Source: Bacteroidota bacterium
GTDB taxonomy: Bacteria > Bacteroidota > Bacteroidia > Flavobacteriales_D > JABDKJ01
DNA: 60,999 nt
Reading direction: 5' to 3'
Assembly: GCA_039028335.1 (NCBI GenBank)
Contig: JBCCIF010000005.1
Coordinates: 1 to 60,999 of the forward strand
The notes under the pieces were generated by a model, which saw only the letters and a list, made by a program, of their open reading frames with translations, did not search any database and was not told the origin of the DNA. Both the position numbers and the translations under genes were made by a program. Below are positions 49,168-59,309 of the stretch, in pieces; position 1 is the stretch's first letter; the number at the start of each line of letters is the position of its first letter.

Positions 49168-50829
49168 ATGAAAAGCTACCTTCTAAGAAATTTCACATTC
49201 AATCCTAAAGACGATGTTCTTTCTGGATTGACAGTTGCACTTGCTTTGGTGCCTGAGGCAGTAGCCTTTGCGTTCGTAGCAGGACTCGATCCTTTGATTG
49301 GTCTCTACGGTGCCTTTATGATGGGCTTGATCACTTCCGTATTAGGTGGTCGACCAGGAATGATTTCTGGCGCGACAGGCGCAATGGCTGTGGTCATGAT
49401 TGACCTTATCTTAAAAGGAAATACTGTTGGACAAGGTCTCGAACAGCCTGCAGAATTCTTGGGAGTAAAGTGGTTATTCATCGCCTTACTTCTTGCAGGA
49501 GCAATGCAAATTGCAGCAGGAATATTCCGCTTAGGAAAATTTGTTCGACTTATTCCTCGACCCGTAATGATGGGCTTCGTGAATGGACTGGCAATTGTTA
49601 TTTTCTTGGCACAGCTTAAAATGTTTCCTGAAGTTCAATCAGAAGAAACTTTTTTGCAAAACCCATTACAATGGCTACAGGTATTTTTCTCTAATGCTCG
49701 AAGTAATTGGATGCTTCTATTTATAGCCTTAACAATGGGTATTATGTACATCCTGCCAAAATTCACAAAGGCCATTCCCTCAGCACTCGTTGCTATAATT
49801 GTCGTTGCCTTGATTTCTGTATTCAGCGGCTTAGGTCTTGACACGGTCGAATCGTTCATACGATCAAAAGGTGGTGCAGACTTATCAGAGTTATCCATTT
49901 CCGATAAACTCCCAGTATTTCAAAGTGGCTTATTCGGATGGCTCGGAACATTAGAAGGACATTGGAGTCAGATTTTCTCAACAGCTGCAATTCTAGCTGC
50001 TGTTGGTTTAATCGAATCATTGCTCACACTAAATCTAGTTGATGAACTAACTGAAACAAGAGGTTCTGGAAACAGGGAATGCGTAGCGCAGGGTATTGCG
50101 AATATTACCAATGGCTTTTTCGGAGGTATGGGAGGATGCGCAATGATTGGTCAATCCATAATCAATGTTAATTCTGGAGGCAGAGGACGGCTTTCGGGAA
50201 TAACTGCAGCCATTGCACTCTTTCTATTTATTCTCTTTGGAGCGAGCATAATTGAAAAAATACCAATCGCTGCACTTGTTGGGGTCATGTTCATGGTGGT
50301 GATAGGCACCTTTGCATGGAGCAGTCTTCGGATCATGAATAAAATTCCATTTGCAGATGCTTTTGTTTTAGTGGCCGTTTCAGCAATTACAGTTATTGCG
50401 GATTTGGCCATAGCAGTAATTTGCGGAGTCATTATATCTGCATTGGTATTTGCTTGGAAGAACGCCAAAATGATTCGAGCAAGAAAACACTTCAAGGATA
50501 AAGACACGAAAGTTTATGAGATTTGGGGACCTCTATTTTTTGGATCTGTTCAAGCCTTTAATGCTAAGTTCGATCCTAAAAATGACCCAGAGAATATTGA
50601 AATTGATTTCATAGAATCTCGTGTAAACGATCATTCTGGAATAGAAGCTATTCGGTCGATCGCCAATAAATATCTAGCACTAGATAAAAAAATCACCTTG
50701 ACTCATTTAAGCCCTGATTGCCGCAAGCTTCTGGTAAAAGCAAACCCTAAATTCAAGAATATTATCGAAAGATCAGTCGATGATCCGCGTTATTATGTTG
50801 TTTCTGATTTTATGGATAAAGAAGTTTAA
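49168..50829 (+). CDS. SulP family anion transporter with STAS domain
   Basis: GLTVALALVPEAVAF, GRPGMISGATGA, GGCAMIGQS, GPLFFG. Confidence 0.94.
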   Translation: MKSYLLRNFTFNPKDDVLSGLTVALALVPEAVAFAFVAGLDPLIGLYGAFMMGLITSVLGGRPGMISGATGAMAVVMIDLILKGNTVGQGLEQPAEFLGVKWLFIALLLAGAMQIAAGIFRLGKFVRLIPRPVMMGFVNGLAIVIFLAQLKMFPEVQSEETFLQNPLQWLQVFFSNARSNWMLLFIALTMGIMYILPKFTKAIPSALVAIIVVALISVFSGLGLDTVESFIRSKGGADLSELSISDKLPVFQSGLFGWLGTLEGHWSQIFSTAAILAAVGLIESLLTLNLVDELTETRGSGNRECVAQGIANITNGFFGGMGGCAMIGQSIINVNSGGRGRLSGITAAIALFLFILFGASIIEKIPIAALVGVMFMVVIGTFAWSSLRIMNKIPFADAFVLVAVSAITVIADLAIAVICGVIISALVFAWKNAKMIRARKHFKDKDTKVYEIWGPLFFGSVQAFNAKFDPKNDPENIEIDFIESRVNDHSGIEAIRSIANKYLALDKKITLTHLSPDCRKLLVKANPKFKNIIERSVDDPRYYVVSDFMDKEV

Positions 50830-51398
50830 GAGCGAATTCCATTGATTAAGTTTTTGATCATTTCCTGCTCGAGAGCTATGGGATTTATATCCGTATTCTT
50901 AGAATACCACGAATAAAGCCATCTCAAAGTCGAAAGCATAGAAAATAAAGCAAGATCAATATTGACATCCTTGATCTCACCTTCATCAATACAGGTCAAT
51001 AAAATGCTTCTGAAATCTTTTTCATAGGCATCTCTCAATTTAAAATAAGCCAACCTGCAATCCCCTTCTAAATGGACGTACTCCGAAGTAATCAATGAAA
51101 TAGAATCTGTATTTTCAATTGTTAAACGCACATGCAAGGCCACCAATCGTTCGAGTTTTTGCAAGGAAGAAATCGGAGCGTTTTTGATCTCATTCATTCC
51201 ACCGATGAATTCTTCTCCCATGTGTATAAGCAATTCCTCTAGTATTTCCTTTTTCGAATTTATATGGTTGTACAGACTTGGAGCTTCAATTCCAAGCGCA
51301 GCTGCGATATCTCTAACCGAAGTTGCTTGATAGCCTCTCTTTCTGAAAAGTCTTGCCGCACAAGCCTTAATTTCCTCTCTCCTCGATAATTTATTCAT
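50826..51398 (-). CDS. TetR family regulator (PaaR/KstR2-like)
   Basis: HTH GYQATSVRDIAAALGIEAPSLYNHINSKKEIL; C-terminal W-x-x-x-WY; shares an operator with paaE. Confidence 0.9.
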   Translation of the reverse strand: MNKLSRREEIKACAARLFRKRGYQATSVRDIAAALGIEAPSLYNHINSKKEILEELLIHMGEEFIGGMNEIKNAPISSLQKLERLVALHVRLTIENTDSISLITSEYVHLEGDCRLAYFKLRDAYEKDFRSILLTCIDEGEIKDVNIDLALFSMLSTLRWLYSWYSKNTDINPIALEQEMIKNLINGIRS

Positions 51399-51408
51399 GT
51401 TCCGAAAA

Positions 51409-51426
51409 TACGAACAATTGTTAGTT
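51409..51426. promoter_or_regulatory. Second operator copy upstream of tetR (autoregulation)
   Basis: TACGAACAATTGTTAGTT, 16/18 identical to 49024-49041, 10 nt from the tetR ATG. Confidence 0.7.
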
Positions 51427-51530
51427 TTTGCTTAACTCATATTATAGCTTTAAAAGAGTACTGTTCTTTTGAAAATAAAATTAGACAGACATATTCAGAT
51501 TCGAAGTAGATTTCGGAAATCTTTGATTTT

Positions 51531-52319
51531 ATGCAAAATTTAATTACGATTTTACTTTCCGTTACATTATTGGTAGCCTGTGTAAATGACCAAGGAATAG
51601 AAAGACAATTACCTGAACTCACACCTCCTATTAAAACGCCCATTGAACTTATCGAGGAGGCTCATAAAAAAGATGAAGTTAACAGCAATAAGGCCATTCA
51701 ATTTGATATCCAGCTTTTCTTTGGTGGGAAGGAGCGATTGAATGCAAATTTGACTTTAGCGGCCAATTCCACAAAGGGTATTATTGAATCCAATGACAGC
51801 TCTGTTGTTTTATACGTTGAGGATAAAGTTTATTATTCAGACTCTCTTAAGAACCCAAAATCTGTCAGGTTCTCTGCTTACACTTGGCCGTATTTTGCGC
51901 TTTTGCCTTATAAACTTTCCGATCCCGGTACCCATTGGGGTGAACCCTTTTCGGAAACGTTAGCAGATAAAAATTTGAATTGTCAAAAACTGACCTTTGA
52001 ACAAGGTGTTGGAGATGCTCCTGACGATTGGTATTTAGTTTATTCCAACATCGAAAATAATTTAATAGAATATGCTGCTTATATCGTCACAGCCGGAAGC
52101 AGTCAAGTAGAAGCCGAAAAAGATCCACATGCCATAGAATACAGAGATTATAAAACCGTCTCAGGTATTCCTTTTGCTCATGAATGGATATTTTGGGAAT
52201 GGAGAGAAAAAGAAGGCTTAACGAAGGAATTGGGCCATGCGAAATTGAGCGATATTCAAGTTGTCGATCTCGATGAAGACAAATTTTTAATTAGAGACTC
52301 CTATCTCACTGCAGAATAG
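51531..52319 (+). CDS. Lipoprotein (DUF6503-like)
   Basis: Lipobox LLVAC; YFALLPYKLSDPG, GVGDAPDDWY, YIVT. Confidence 0.7.
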   Translation: MQNLITILLSVTLLVACVNDQGIERQLPELTPPIKTPIELIEEAHKKDEVNSNKAIQFDIQLFFGGKERLNANLTLAANSTKGIIESNDSSVVLYVEDKVYYSDSLKNPKSVRFSAYTWPYFALLPYKLSDPGTHWGEPFSETLADKNLNCQKLTFEQGVGDAPDDWYLVYSNIENNLIEYAAYIVTAGSSQVEAEKDPHAIEYRDYKTVSGIPFAHEWIFWEWREKEGLTKELGHAKLSDIQVVDLDEDKFLIRDSYLTAE

Positions 52320-52320
52320 A

Positions 52321-53139
52321 TCACTTCTTCTTGCAAATGATTTCAAGTACTGTAGGAGTAATGAAAATGGCATTGGGATTCCGATTCAATTCTTCTATAT
52401 CCTTCATGGCCAATTGGGCCTCCTCATCGCTCATTAAGCCTAATTCCTGTAGACGTTTGATATTGATCTTAATAAAAGAATAGGGCCACTGCCACATGTA
52501 ATCCGCTGGCGAGACAGAAAAAGACAAAGACTTCGTATCAACAATGTCAAAGCCTGAATTAGGTATGATCTCCATTAATTGCAAAGCAACATTGGTCTCT
52601 CCCCCGCTTTCTCTCCAGCTGTTCACGACTTTCCATTTGAAATCTTCCAATGGTCCGCTTACAGGAGAAAAGCGAAAAGCCTCATAGTCGATGTATTCAT
52701 GAAAAATCGCTATTCCTCCGGGCTTTAAAGCCTGATGTACTTTCTCAATCAACTTTTTCCGATTGGGGACAAAAGAATTGACCCATCTGCACCAGGAAAA
52801 ATCAAAATCGGCATCGGGAATTTCATCTTCCATTAAATCGACTTCATGTGATTGAATATTCAAACCTCTCTGCGCATTCATTTCACGCAATGCCTCCAAA
52901 TAATTTGCAGATCGCTCTACTGCTACCACTTTTCCCCTTTCCCCAACAATTTCTGCCAAATCTGCGCTTGCATATCCGGGTCCAGCACCAACATCTAAGA
53001 CCTTATCTCCATAGCCAATCCCGGCTTTATCCCAGGCAGCCAGAACATGTTGTCTCCATACAAAGTGCTGCAAACCCAAACGCTGCAACTCTTCCTTGTG
53101 CGTGCCTAATACATAATCCTTTTCTTCCGTTGCAGACAT
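52321..53139 (-). CDS. Class I SAM-dependent methyltransferase
   Basis: YVLG...ELQRL-x-LQ, VLDVGAGPG, FDFSWCRW, LKPGG. Confidence 0.88.
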   Translation of the reverse strand: MSATEEKDYVLGTHKEELQRLGLQHFVWRQHVLAAWDKAGIGYGDKVLDVGAGPGYASADLAEIVGERGKVVAVERSANYLEALREMNAQRGLNIQSHEVDLMEDEIPDADFDFSWCRWVNSFVPNRKKLIEKVHQALKPGGIAIFHEYIDYEAFRFSPVSGPLEDFKWKVVNSWRESGGETNVALQLMEIIPNSGFDIVDTKSLSFSVSPADYMWQWPYSFIKINIKRLQELGLMSDEEAQLAMKDIEELNRNPNAIFITPTVLEIICKKK

Positions 53140-53255
53140 ATTAAAAATTTTAGGAAAGTTAAAAATAGATTCGTTTAAATTGTTAAAATTTACCCTCGCG
53201 AATTCAACTAACTCAAAAGTAAATTCTGCGCATGTTAAACTAAGAAAACATCACT

Positions 53256-54878
53256 ATGCTTTCTAAAGAAGAAAAGAAAATCTTACGTTCCGATTTATTC
53301 CGTCATTTAGATGGAATTGTCACTGCTCCCACTGCATATTGTTTGCACAAACACGGCATACTCGATGAGTTATTGAATAAAGAAAAGTGCTCGGTAAATG
53401 AATTGGCCTCTGAATACAAGGCCAATGAAGGAAATTTGAATGTTGCATTGCGCGTGCTATGTTCTCAAGGTTGGCTTGATGCCTCTTTAGACAATGAAAG
53501 CAATGAAGTTAGCTATGCAATCAATGAGAAAAGCAAATGCGCCTTTGCTCACGTCCATCTCTACGAAGATGCTGTTCATCTTATTCAACTTTCTGGAAAA
53601 TTCCACCCAAGAAAATTCGAGAAAGAACCCTTCGAGGCTATGGCATCCATTTTCGACAAATACCTAAAAGATTATGGTATAGAATGGTCTGAAAGTAATC
53701 TAGAAAAGGATGTACAAGGTCAAATCCTTAAACATATAGAAGGGGTACTTGTCGGCCCCACGGCCGTTGCTCTGGGAATGGGAGGAATGTTTCATAATTA
53801 CTTTATGAAGGCCAGTTTCAAAGCAGAGGAATTCCATCAAGATCCAGAAAGTTTTGGAAGATTGTTGAATTATTTTTCTCAAATCGGATGGTTTGAAAAA
53901 AGTAATGGCAAGACCTTTGCCTTCTCTGAAAAAGGGCTCTTTTTTGCGAAAAGAGCAAGTGCCTATGGCGTGACCGTGAGTTATCTTCCCAATTTTAGAA
54001 AATTAGACGAGCTCATTTTTGGCAATGCCAAGGTACTTTGGAATGTGCCTGAAGGATCTGCTGAAATACATGTGGATCGAGAAATGAATGTCTGGGGTTC
54101 AGGCGGAGCACATTCAACATATTTTAAAAAAATCGATGAAATTGTGATGTCCATCTTCAATCGCCCAATACACGAACAGCCCAAGGGTATTGTAGATATG
54201 GGATGTGGAAATGGAGCATTCTTAGAACATTTATTCAATGTTATAGACCAGCGCACTCTGCGTGGAGAAATGTTGGACGAGCATCCATTATTCTTAGTAG
54301 GGGCAGATTTCAATCAAGCTGCCCTTAAAGTTACACGAGCCAATTTGATCAAGGCAGATATCTGGGCCAAGGTGATTTGGGGTGATATTGGTAGGCCAGA
54401 TAAATTGGCAGAGGACTTAGAAAAGGATTATAATATTTCATTGAATGACTTATTGAACGTACGGACTTTCTTGGATCACAATCGCATGTGGGAAGAACCT
54501 ACAAATGATTTCCAAGACCGATCGGCATCCTCTTCAGGAGCATTTTCTTATCGCGGAAAACGACTTTCGAATAAGGCAGTTGAGCAAAGTTTAAAAGAAC
54601 ACCTTCAAAAATGGTCACCATTTGTTCAGCGTTTTGGTTTATTGTTGATCGAACTCCATACGATTCCTTCATCGATTACTGCCAATAATCTAGGACGAAC
54701 TGCAGCGACTGCATATGATGCGACACACGGCTTTTCGGATCAGTATATTCTCGAAGTAGATGTATTCAATCGAATAGCGGCAGAAGCTGGACTCTTTCCT
54801 GATGAAAATTATTTCACCAAATTTCCAAATTCTGAGCTGGCAACAGTCAGTATTAATTTATTGAAAGGGCGAGATTAA
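53256..54878 (+). CDS. Stand-alone AprA-related methyltransferase (winged-helix + class I MT)
   Basis: ANEGNLNVALR-x-L-x-SQGW, HVDREMNVWGSGGAH, QPKGIVDMGCGNG, GDIGRP, VRTFLDHNR, LIELH, YDATHGFSDQY. Confidence 0.75.
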   Translation: MLSKEEKKILRSDLFRHLDGIVTAPTAYCLHKHGILDELLNKEKCSVNELASEYKANEGNLNVALRVLCSQGWLDASLDNESNEVSYAINEKSKCAFAHVHLYEDAVHLIQLSGKFHPRKFEKEPFEAMASIFDKYLKDYGIEWSESNLEKDVQGQILKHIEGVLVGPTAVALGMGGMFHNYFMKASFKAEEFHQDPESFGRLLNYFSQIGWFEKSNGKTFAFSEKGLFFAKRASAYGVTVSYLPNFRKLDELIFGNAKVLWNVPEGSAEIHVDREMNVWGSGGAHSTYFKKIDEIVMSIFNRPIHEQPKGIVDMGCGNGAFLEHLFNVIDQRTLRGEMLDEHPLFLVGADFNQAALKVTRANLIKADIWAKVIWGDIGRPDKLAEDLEKDYNISLNDLLNVRTFLDHNRMWEEPTNDFQDRSASSSGAFSYRGKRLSNKAVEQSLKEHLQKWSPFVQRFGLLLIELHTIPSSITANNLGRTAATAYDATHGFSDQYILEVDVFNRIAAEAGLFPDENYFTKFPNSELATVSINLLKGRD

Positions 54879-55543
54879 TCATCGTATACACATCTGAATC
54901 CTAAGTGATTGAGGCCACTGTCCTTGGGTGTTCTTTGATATTTGTCTGGAAAATATCCAGAACAAAAACTTTCATCACAGAGATAAGATCCTCCTTTAAT
55001 GATCATTTGACCTCCCTCAACAGTGCTCGTCCATTCCCAAACATTTCCAAATAAATCGAAAATCCCTAATTGATTAGGTTGGAATGTACCGACAGGCGAA
55101 GGAACTCTATCGAAACCATCTTTTGCCAAATCATTCACAGGAAAAACACCTTGCCAAACATTGCCTGGGGACACCACAGCACCTGCAATTACATCCCACT
55201 CTACGGCAGTAGGTAATCGCCCATTCTTCCAATCACAATATGCGCAAGCATCATAATACGATACTTGCGTAACAGGAATATCTTCATTGGCTAAATTCAC
55301 TCCATCGGGTTTTTCCCAATTCGCCATTGGAAAAGGTTGCCAAATATTATTGTCCAGATTAAATACTGCAGACCATTGCAAGCTATCTGCTGTTGTTGAG
55401 AATTGGGTTTGCCTCACAAATTCTGCGAATTCTCCAGTTGTGACTTCATAAATATCTACACTTAAAGTCAATTCAGGAATGGCAATTTTGAACTCCTTGG
55501 AAGAAGAAGAGCAAGAAATTAAAATAAGCAAAACAATATGCAC
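54875..55543 (-). CDS. Formylglycine-generating enzyme (SUMF1) domain lipoprotein
   Basis: YEVT, PVTQVSYYDA, RLPTAVEW, GNVWEW, KGGSYLCDESFC, HLGFRC. An in-frame CTG at 55558 would give a better signal peptide (KRIFVHIVLLILISC). Confidence 0.85.
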   Translation of the reverse strand: MHIVLLILISCSSSSKEFKIAIPELTLSVDIYEVTTGEFAEFVRQTQFSTTADSLQWSAVFNLDNNIWQPFPMANWEKPDGVNLANEDIPVTQVSYYDACAYCDWKNGRLPTAVEWDVIAGAVVSPGNVWQGVFPVNDLAKDGFDRVPSPVGTFQPNQLGIFDLFGNVWEWTSTVEGGQMIIKGGSYLCDESFCSGYFPDKYQRTPKDSGLNHLGFRCVYDD

Positions 55544-55638
55544 AAATATGCGTTTCAGTGTCTTAATATTTGCTTAAAGAAAAGCAAACAATTTGAATGC
55601 GATAAAGAATAGAAAAATCAAAATTTTTATTTCGAATA

Positions 55639-57306
55639 TTGCCGACTTTTGAGAAGACTATTGTTGTGATCGATTTTTTAAAAAATACATTAGCCGAATA
55701 TCCATTGGTGCTTCTATTCGTAGTGGCCTCTCTGGGTTATCTTTTTGGCACCTTTAAGATAAAGGGAAATGCACTTGGTTTAGCTGCAGTTCTCTTCACT
55801 GGATTGGCCATTGGTGCAATGGATGAGCGATTTGCAATTCCGGATATCATTCTAAATATGGGGCTTGCCCTTTTTGTTTATTCGATAGGCTTAAGCTCAG
55901 GTCCCGCTTTTTTCAAGTCCTATAAAGAGAATGGAATAAAAGATTTCATCTTTATTATTTCCATGCTTGGTGTTGCTGGTTTGGTGGCGGCTGCTTTGTC
56001 CTTCATATTTGATTTCTCGGCAGCAGTAATCACAGGAGCCTATGCAGGCAGTTCTACCAATACGCCTGCTTTAGCGGGCATCATTGATTATATCAAGGTT
56101 GCGTATTCTGAGCAAGAAGGAGCCTCATTAATCGAAGATTCTGTTATCGGTTATACCTTTTCTTATCCAATGGGTGTGTTAGGCGCCATGATCGCAATTA
56201 TAATTTGTGAACGATTTTTAAAAATCGATTATGAAAAAGAAAAGAAAGAGCTGAGAAGACGATTTCCCAGCAATGAAAAACTTTCCAGTGCAACAGTAAA
56301 AGTCTCCAACCCTGAAGTAATCGGTGTTCAGCTGAGAGACCTTTGGGCAAAGTACGACTGGAATATTTCCATGGGCAGAATTTATTCGAACGGCAAGGTA
56401 AACCTTGTCAACTGGAGCACTTCTTTTGAGGAGGGAGACACGGTCATGATAGTAGGCGCTTTGGAAGACATCAAATCAACGATTAAGGACATTGGAGAGA
56501 AAATTAAGTCTCCTTTATCTTATGATCGTACGGAATTTGACACCCGTAGAATATTTGTTTCTAATCCAAAAGTTACTGGTCAGACTTTGGCCTCATTGAA
56601 TCTAGATCAGAAATACAATGCCGTTATTACCCGTATCAGAAGAGGAGATGTCGATATGATTGCTAAAGGAGATACCGTATTAGAATTGGGAGATCGCATA
56701 CGATTCATTGCAAGAAGAAAAGACTTGAGAAAGCTCTCTCAATTTTTTGGTGACTCTTATCAGGCGGTAGCCAAAATCAATATATTTTCTTTTGGACTTG
56801 GAATAGGTCTTGGTCTTATTCTTGGATCATTGGAATTCCCCATTAGCGATACATATACGTTTAAATTAGGTTATGCCGGTGGCCCTTTAATCATGGGGCT
56901 TATTTTAGGTGCTATGCGCAGAACAGCTGGCATTGTTTGGACACTTCCTTATGGTGCAACCATTACCTTGCAACAACTCGGATTAACCCTATTGCTTGCA
57001 GCAATAGGTGTTAGCTCAGGTTCCGCTTTTATCAGTAGCCTTTCAATGCAAAGTTTTTGGATTTTCATTGCCAGTATATTTATCAGCCTTTTTACAGCTT
57101 TTTTCGGATTGGTGATTGGATATAAAATTTTGAAAAAACCTTTTTCTATTTTAATGGGAATGGTATCCAATCAACCTGCTATTCTAGATTTTGCAATGAA
57201 CAGGTCAAACAACCGAATTCCGCTTTATGGATTCACCATGATCTTCCCTATTGCCTTGATAATTAAAATTTTAATCGCTCAAATTTTATTCTTGGTATTG
57301 CAATAG
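55639..57306 (+). CDS. AspT/YidE/YbjL family transporter with TrkA-C domains
   Basis: GLALFVYSIGL, GSSTNTPAL, YPMG, two RCK-C domains, GYAGGPLI. Confidence 0.9.
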   Translation: MPTFEKTIVVIDFLKNTLAEYPLVLLFVVASLGYLFGTFKIKGNALGLAAVLFTGLAIGAMDERFAIPDIILNMGLALFVYSIGLSSGPAFFKSYKENGIKDFIFIISMLGVAGLVAAALSFIFDFSAAVITGAYAGSSTNTPALAGIIDYIKVAYSEQEGASLIEDSVIGYTFSYPMGVLGAMIAIIICERFLKIDYEKEKKELRRRFPSNEKLSSATVKVSNPEVIGVQLRDLWAKYDWNISMGRIYSNGKVNLVNWSTSFEEGDTVMIVGALEDIKSTIKDIGEKIKSPLSYDRTEFDTRRIFVSNPKVTGQTLASLNLDQKYNAVITRIRRGDVDMIAKGDTVLELGDRIRFIARRKDLRKLSQFFGDSYQAVAKINIFSFGLGIGLGLILGSLEFPISDTYTFKLGYAGGPLIMGLILGAMRRTAGIVWTLPYGATITLQQLGLTLLLAAIGVSSGSAFISSLSMQSFWIFIASIFISLFTAFFGLVIGYKILKKPFSILMGMVSNQPAILDFAMNRSNNRIPLYGFTMIFPIALIIKILIAQILFLVLQ

Positions 57307-58401
57307 TCAATCGCCAAATGTAATTCCTGTCTCTCGAGCTGTCTCAATAAGGTAATTGTCCATAGCTATGTGATTATATTTAGCTATGGCATCTTTTAAT
57401 GGAACTATTTCCATTCTATTGTTCTTGAATGAAACCATTTTACCAAAATCGCCATGCTCTGCCATTTTAAAGGCCTTCACTCCCATAGCAGTGGCCAAAA
57501 TTCGATCAAAAGCAACCGGAGTGCCTCCACGTTGAATGTGTCCTAGAACTGTTGTTCTGACTTGTGCTTCAGGGTATTCTTGCTCTATTTGTGCTCTAAG
57601 AACACTTCCTATTCCCCCATATTTGAAATGAGGATCTCCAGCATCCTTAGAAAGCTGACCACTGTTTTGCCCATCTTTGGCTTTTGCTCCTTCAGCAATC
57701 ACAATATTTACAAAATTTCGTTCTGAATTGTATCTCGCCTTTACTTTGTCTACTACAGATGTTATTCGATATGGAATTTCGGGGATTAAACAGATTTCAG
57801 CACCTCCTGCAATAGCTGTATGGAGCGCTATCCAGCCAGCATCCCTTCCCATAACTTCCATAATCAATACCCGATTATGACTTGCCGCAGTGGTTACTAA
57901 CTTGTCAAAACTTTCAGTAGCTATTTGAACAGCAGTATTGAATCCAAAAGTTAAATCTGTGGCAGATAGGTCATTGTCAATTGTTTTTGGCACTCCTATG
58001 ATATTAACTCCTTTATCATGCAACATAGAGGAAATCTTTTGACTTCCATCTCCTCCAATATTGATAACAATGTCAAATCCTTTCTCACGAATGGATTTTA
58101 TCAAATAATCCGAACGATCAACTTTCTCCCATTTTCCATTTTCATTCTGAACAGGATATGAGAAGGGATTTCCTCTATTGGTCGTTTTAATGATTGTCCC
58201 GCCTTTTACATGAATCCCCGCAGTGTTTTCAAAATTCAATTTAATGAGTTCTGGCGGATCCCTCATTATTCCATTAAAGGCCTCTATACTTCCCCAAACT
58301 TCATATTCACCTGACTTCTCTGCCGAACGAACAATAGCTCGAATAACAGCATTCAGCCCTGGGCAATCTCCGCCTCCTGTTAGAACTAAGATTTTTTTCA
58401 T
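57307..58401 (-). CDS. pfkA: 6-phosphofructokinase
   Basis: TGGGDCPGLN, GGT, IGGDGS, PKTIDND, EVMGR, LGHIQRGG. Confidence 0.95.
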   Translation of the reverse strand: MKKILVLTGGGDCPGLNAVIRAIVRSAEKSGEYEVWGSIEAFNGIMRDPPELIKLNFENTAGIHVKGGTIIKTTNRGNPFSYPVQNENGKWEKVDRSDYLIKSIREKGFDIVINIGGDGSQKISSMLHDKGVNIIGVPKTIDNDLSATDLTFGFNTAVQIATESFDKLVTTAASHNRVLIMEVMGRDAGWIALHTAIAGGAEICLIPEIPYRITSVVDKVKARYNSERNFVNIVIAEGAKAKDGQNSGQLSKDAGDPHFKYGGIGSVLRAQIEQEYPEAQVRTTVLGHIQRGGTPVAFDRILATAMGVKAFKMAEHGDFGKMVSFKNNRMEIVPLKDAIAKYNHIAMDNYLIETARETGITFGD

Positions 58402-58411
58402 GCGGTTGAAA

Positions 58412-58443
58412 ATAAGAAAACCGCCTCACAAGTTGCAAGGCGG
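58412..58443 (-). terminator. Intrinsic terminator downstream of the LuxR-type gene
   Basis: Minus strand CCGCCTTGCA-act-TGTGAGGCGG followed by TTTTCTTAT. Confidence 0.65.
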
Positions 58444-58526
58444 CTCATCCATTATTCCCGTATAAATATTTTATTCCTTCTACGAATAAATCCAATTTAA
58501 ATGGACAATTCAATAGTGATTTCGAA

Positions 58527-59309
58527 CTATATCCAACCGTTCTTCTGCGCCACTGATATCAATTGCGCAGTATTTCCAGCTGATGATTTTTTGAGCAAAC
58601 TACTACGAAAATTATCAACTGTATTCTTGGCAATGCCCAATTTATCTGCAATCATTTTACTACTTAAACCCTCTTTCAGGTATTGCAATACTTCCAGTTC
58701 TCTTTTGGTCAAAAGTACTGACATTCGTTTTTTCATTGACTCTTTGAATGACTGCACCAATTCTGGATCACCGGTAATGTCCCAACCAAAATTAAAGGAG
58801 TCTGCCATCCCGTGTACCAATGTACATTCGTAATATCCTCCTGCAAAAGCACCATTGCTTTTCGCTACAAGGGTAGGCCCAGAGGAAACGAAGAACTTTA
58901 GGTATTCACCACTTTTACTTTTGACCATTAATTTAAAGTGAATAGAAACCGGATTGTGTTTGTATTTCGAAAAATCAAATTCTAATGTACTTCTGATGAT
59001 AGAGTAGAAATGAATCAGATGATCTGGATGAATGAAATCCGAAAAAAGTAAATGATCAACATTCCATGTTTCCTCTTTGTAGCCAAGTGTCTCTTCGAAG
59101 CCACACATGTTAAAAACACGGTTATTACTCAAATCAACAAAAAAGGAAAACCTGCCGTGAAATGGAAAGGTATTGGTAAACGAATCAGGAAAAAGATCAA
59201 CTACTTCTTCTTTTTCCAAATCGCGAATGTACTTGTCCCAAAATTCCTTGAATTTTGATAAAATGTTTTCTTGCTGTTCCCTCACAAGATTATAGAGATA
59301 AGTCTTCAA
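58527..59309 (-). CDS. PAS-fold/LuxR HTH transcriptional regulator
   Basis: LGY...DFIHPDH (PAS-like); LTKRELEVLQYLKEGLSSKMIADKLGIAKNTVDNFR. Confidence 0.85.
   Translation of the reverse strand: MKTYLYNLVREQQENILSKFKEFWDKYIRDLEKEEVVDLFPDSFTNTFPFHGRFSFFVDLSNNRVFNMCGFEETLGYKEETWNVDHLLFSDFIHPDHLIHFYSIIRSTLEFDFSKYKHNPVSIHFKLMVKSKSGEYLKFFVSSGPTLVAKSNGAFAGGYYECTLVHGMADSFNFGWDITGDPELVQSFKESMKKRMSVLLTKRELEVLQYLKEGLSSKMIADKLGIAKNTVDNFRSSLLKKSSAGNTAQLISVAQKNGWI

Noticed and set aside
52321-55543. Secondary-metabolite cluster (two methyltransferases + FGE)
   Set aside because: No PKS/NRPS, carrier protein or precursor peptide, and the genes alternate in orientation.
330-59258. Short antisense or alternate-frame ORFs in the track (e.g. 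41895-42335, 50151-50507, 58501-58833)
   Set aside because: They lie largely within well-supported genes and have no recognisable motifs; treated as shadow ORFs.
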